The notes under the pieces were generated by a model that was given only the letters and a program-made list of their open reading frames with translations, was not told where the DNA came from and did no database searches. This document shows, piece after piece, positions 63,365 through 64,000 of a stretch of 64,000 bases of DNA. Each line of letters begins with the position of its first letter. Position 1 is the first letter of the stretch. Location: the NCBI GenBank assembly GCA_050248855.1, contig JBFWRP010000010.1, forward strand, positions 32,001 to 96,000. The letters run 5' to 3'. The position numbers and the translations under genes are program-made. The DNA is from Planctomycetota bacterium (lineage in GTDB: Bacteria > Planctomycetota > PLA2 > JAEUHO01).

Positions 63365-64000
63365 CTAGTTCGAGGAGTCGAGCGCCCGCAGCTTGTCGCT
63401 GCTGGCCTCCTCGCCCAAGATCCGGGGCGGGCTGTCCGGGTCGTCGGGCTCGGTCATCCCGAAGTAGTCCCACTCCATGAACTGGGCCCCGCCGTCGGCG
63501 AAGGCGCAGCACAGGCCCTTGGCGTGGTGCAGGGGACCGTCGTCGTCGTCGCAGATGATGATCGCACCCTCTTCGATGCGGTTCTGCGTCAACATGTAGT
63601 CCTTGTCCTTGTTCCGACGGCCCGCGTAGCTCGTGAGCTCGTGGAAGTCCATGTCGTTCTTCAGGTTGTCCTTGGTGACATCCTTGTAGCGCTTCCAGTC
63701 CACGCTCTCGGTGGTGTAGAGCTGGTCGTTGGGGCTGAAGAAGATGCCGAGCGACCGCTCGTTGCTGGCGTTGAGGTCACCGTAGGCAACGGGCGACAGG
63801 GTGAAGTTCTTGCCGTTGTAGGGCGGCCACTTGGCGCTCGTCCGGCCCGCGGCATTCGCCATCATGAACTTGGCGATGCTGCCGATGTTGTCGAGGCTCT
63901 TCGTCCTCGAGCTGCGCTCGTTCATCATCGGGATGAGGACGACGACCATGCTCGTGAGCACGGTGATGATGCCCATCACGACGAGGATCTCGATGAAGGT
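63365..64000 (-). CDS. Type IV prepilin-like protein with H-X9-DG motif; 5' end outside window
   Basis: Window edge reads TFIEILVVMGIITVL (N-methylation motif with E5); C-terminal HAKGLCCAFADG. Confidence 0.85.
   Translation of the reverse strand, partial: TFIEILVVMGIITVLTSMVVVLIPMMNERSSRTKSLDNIGSIAKFMMANAAGRTSAKWPPYNGKNFTLSPVAYGDLNASNERSLGIFFSPNDQLYTTESVDWKRYKDVTKDNLKNDMDFHELTSYAGRRNKDKDYMLTQNRIEEGAIIICDDDDGPLHHAKGLCCAFADGGAQFMEWDYFGMTEPDDPDSPPRILGEEASSDKLRALDSSN

Overview
A very GC-rich bacterial chromosomal segment, most likely from a Planctomycetota (PVC) genome. That call is an inference from an H-X9-DG prepilin, DUF1573 next to a c554-like cytochrome, several ECF sigma factors and large Ig-like lipoproteins. 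No prophage, IS element, rRNA, tRNA or CRISPR array was seen. Housekeeping genes are efp, glmS, pyrC, coaX, obgE-rpmA-rplU-rne, rpoN-truA-hpf-EIIA-HPr-EI, dnaX-recR and dnaE. They are interleaved with a dispersed type IV filament toolkit: pilM, pilN, a long pilO, a secretin, a PilT/U ATPase, a GspC-like PDZ protein, an H-X9-DG prepilin and an ~1,840-aa PilX/GspK-like protein with four repeats resembling phage tail modules. Also present are an ECF sigma/anti-sigma/pseudo-HtrA/FecR-like cassette, a pair of Ig-like lipoproteins with a TMTC-like glycosyltransferase behind a putative sigma54 promoter, and the end of an alpha-2-macroglobulin locus. Smaller signals include a candidate 6S-like RNA next to dnaE, an unlisted 35-aa ORF, a 27-bp inverted repeat, several tandem repeats and recurrent leaderless-type -10 boxes. 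All calls come from motif recognition by eye; no searches were run.
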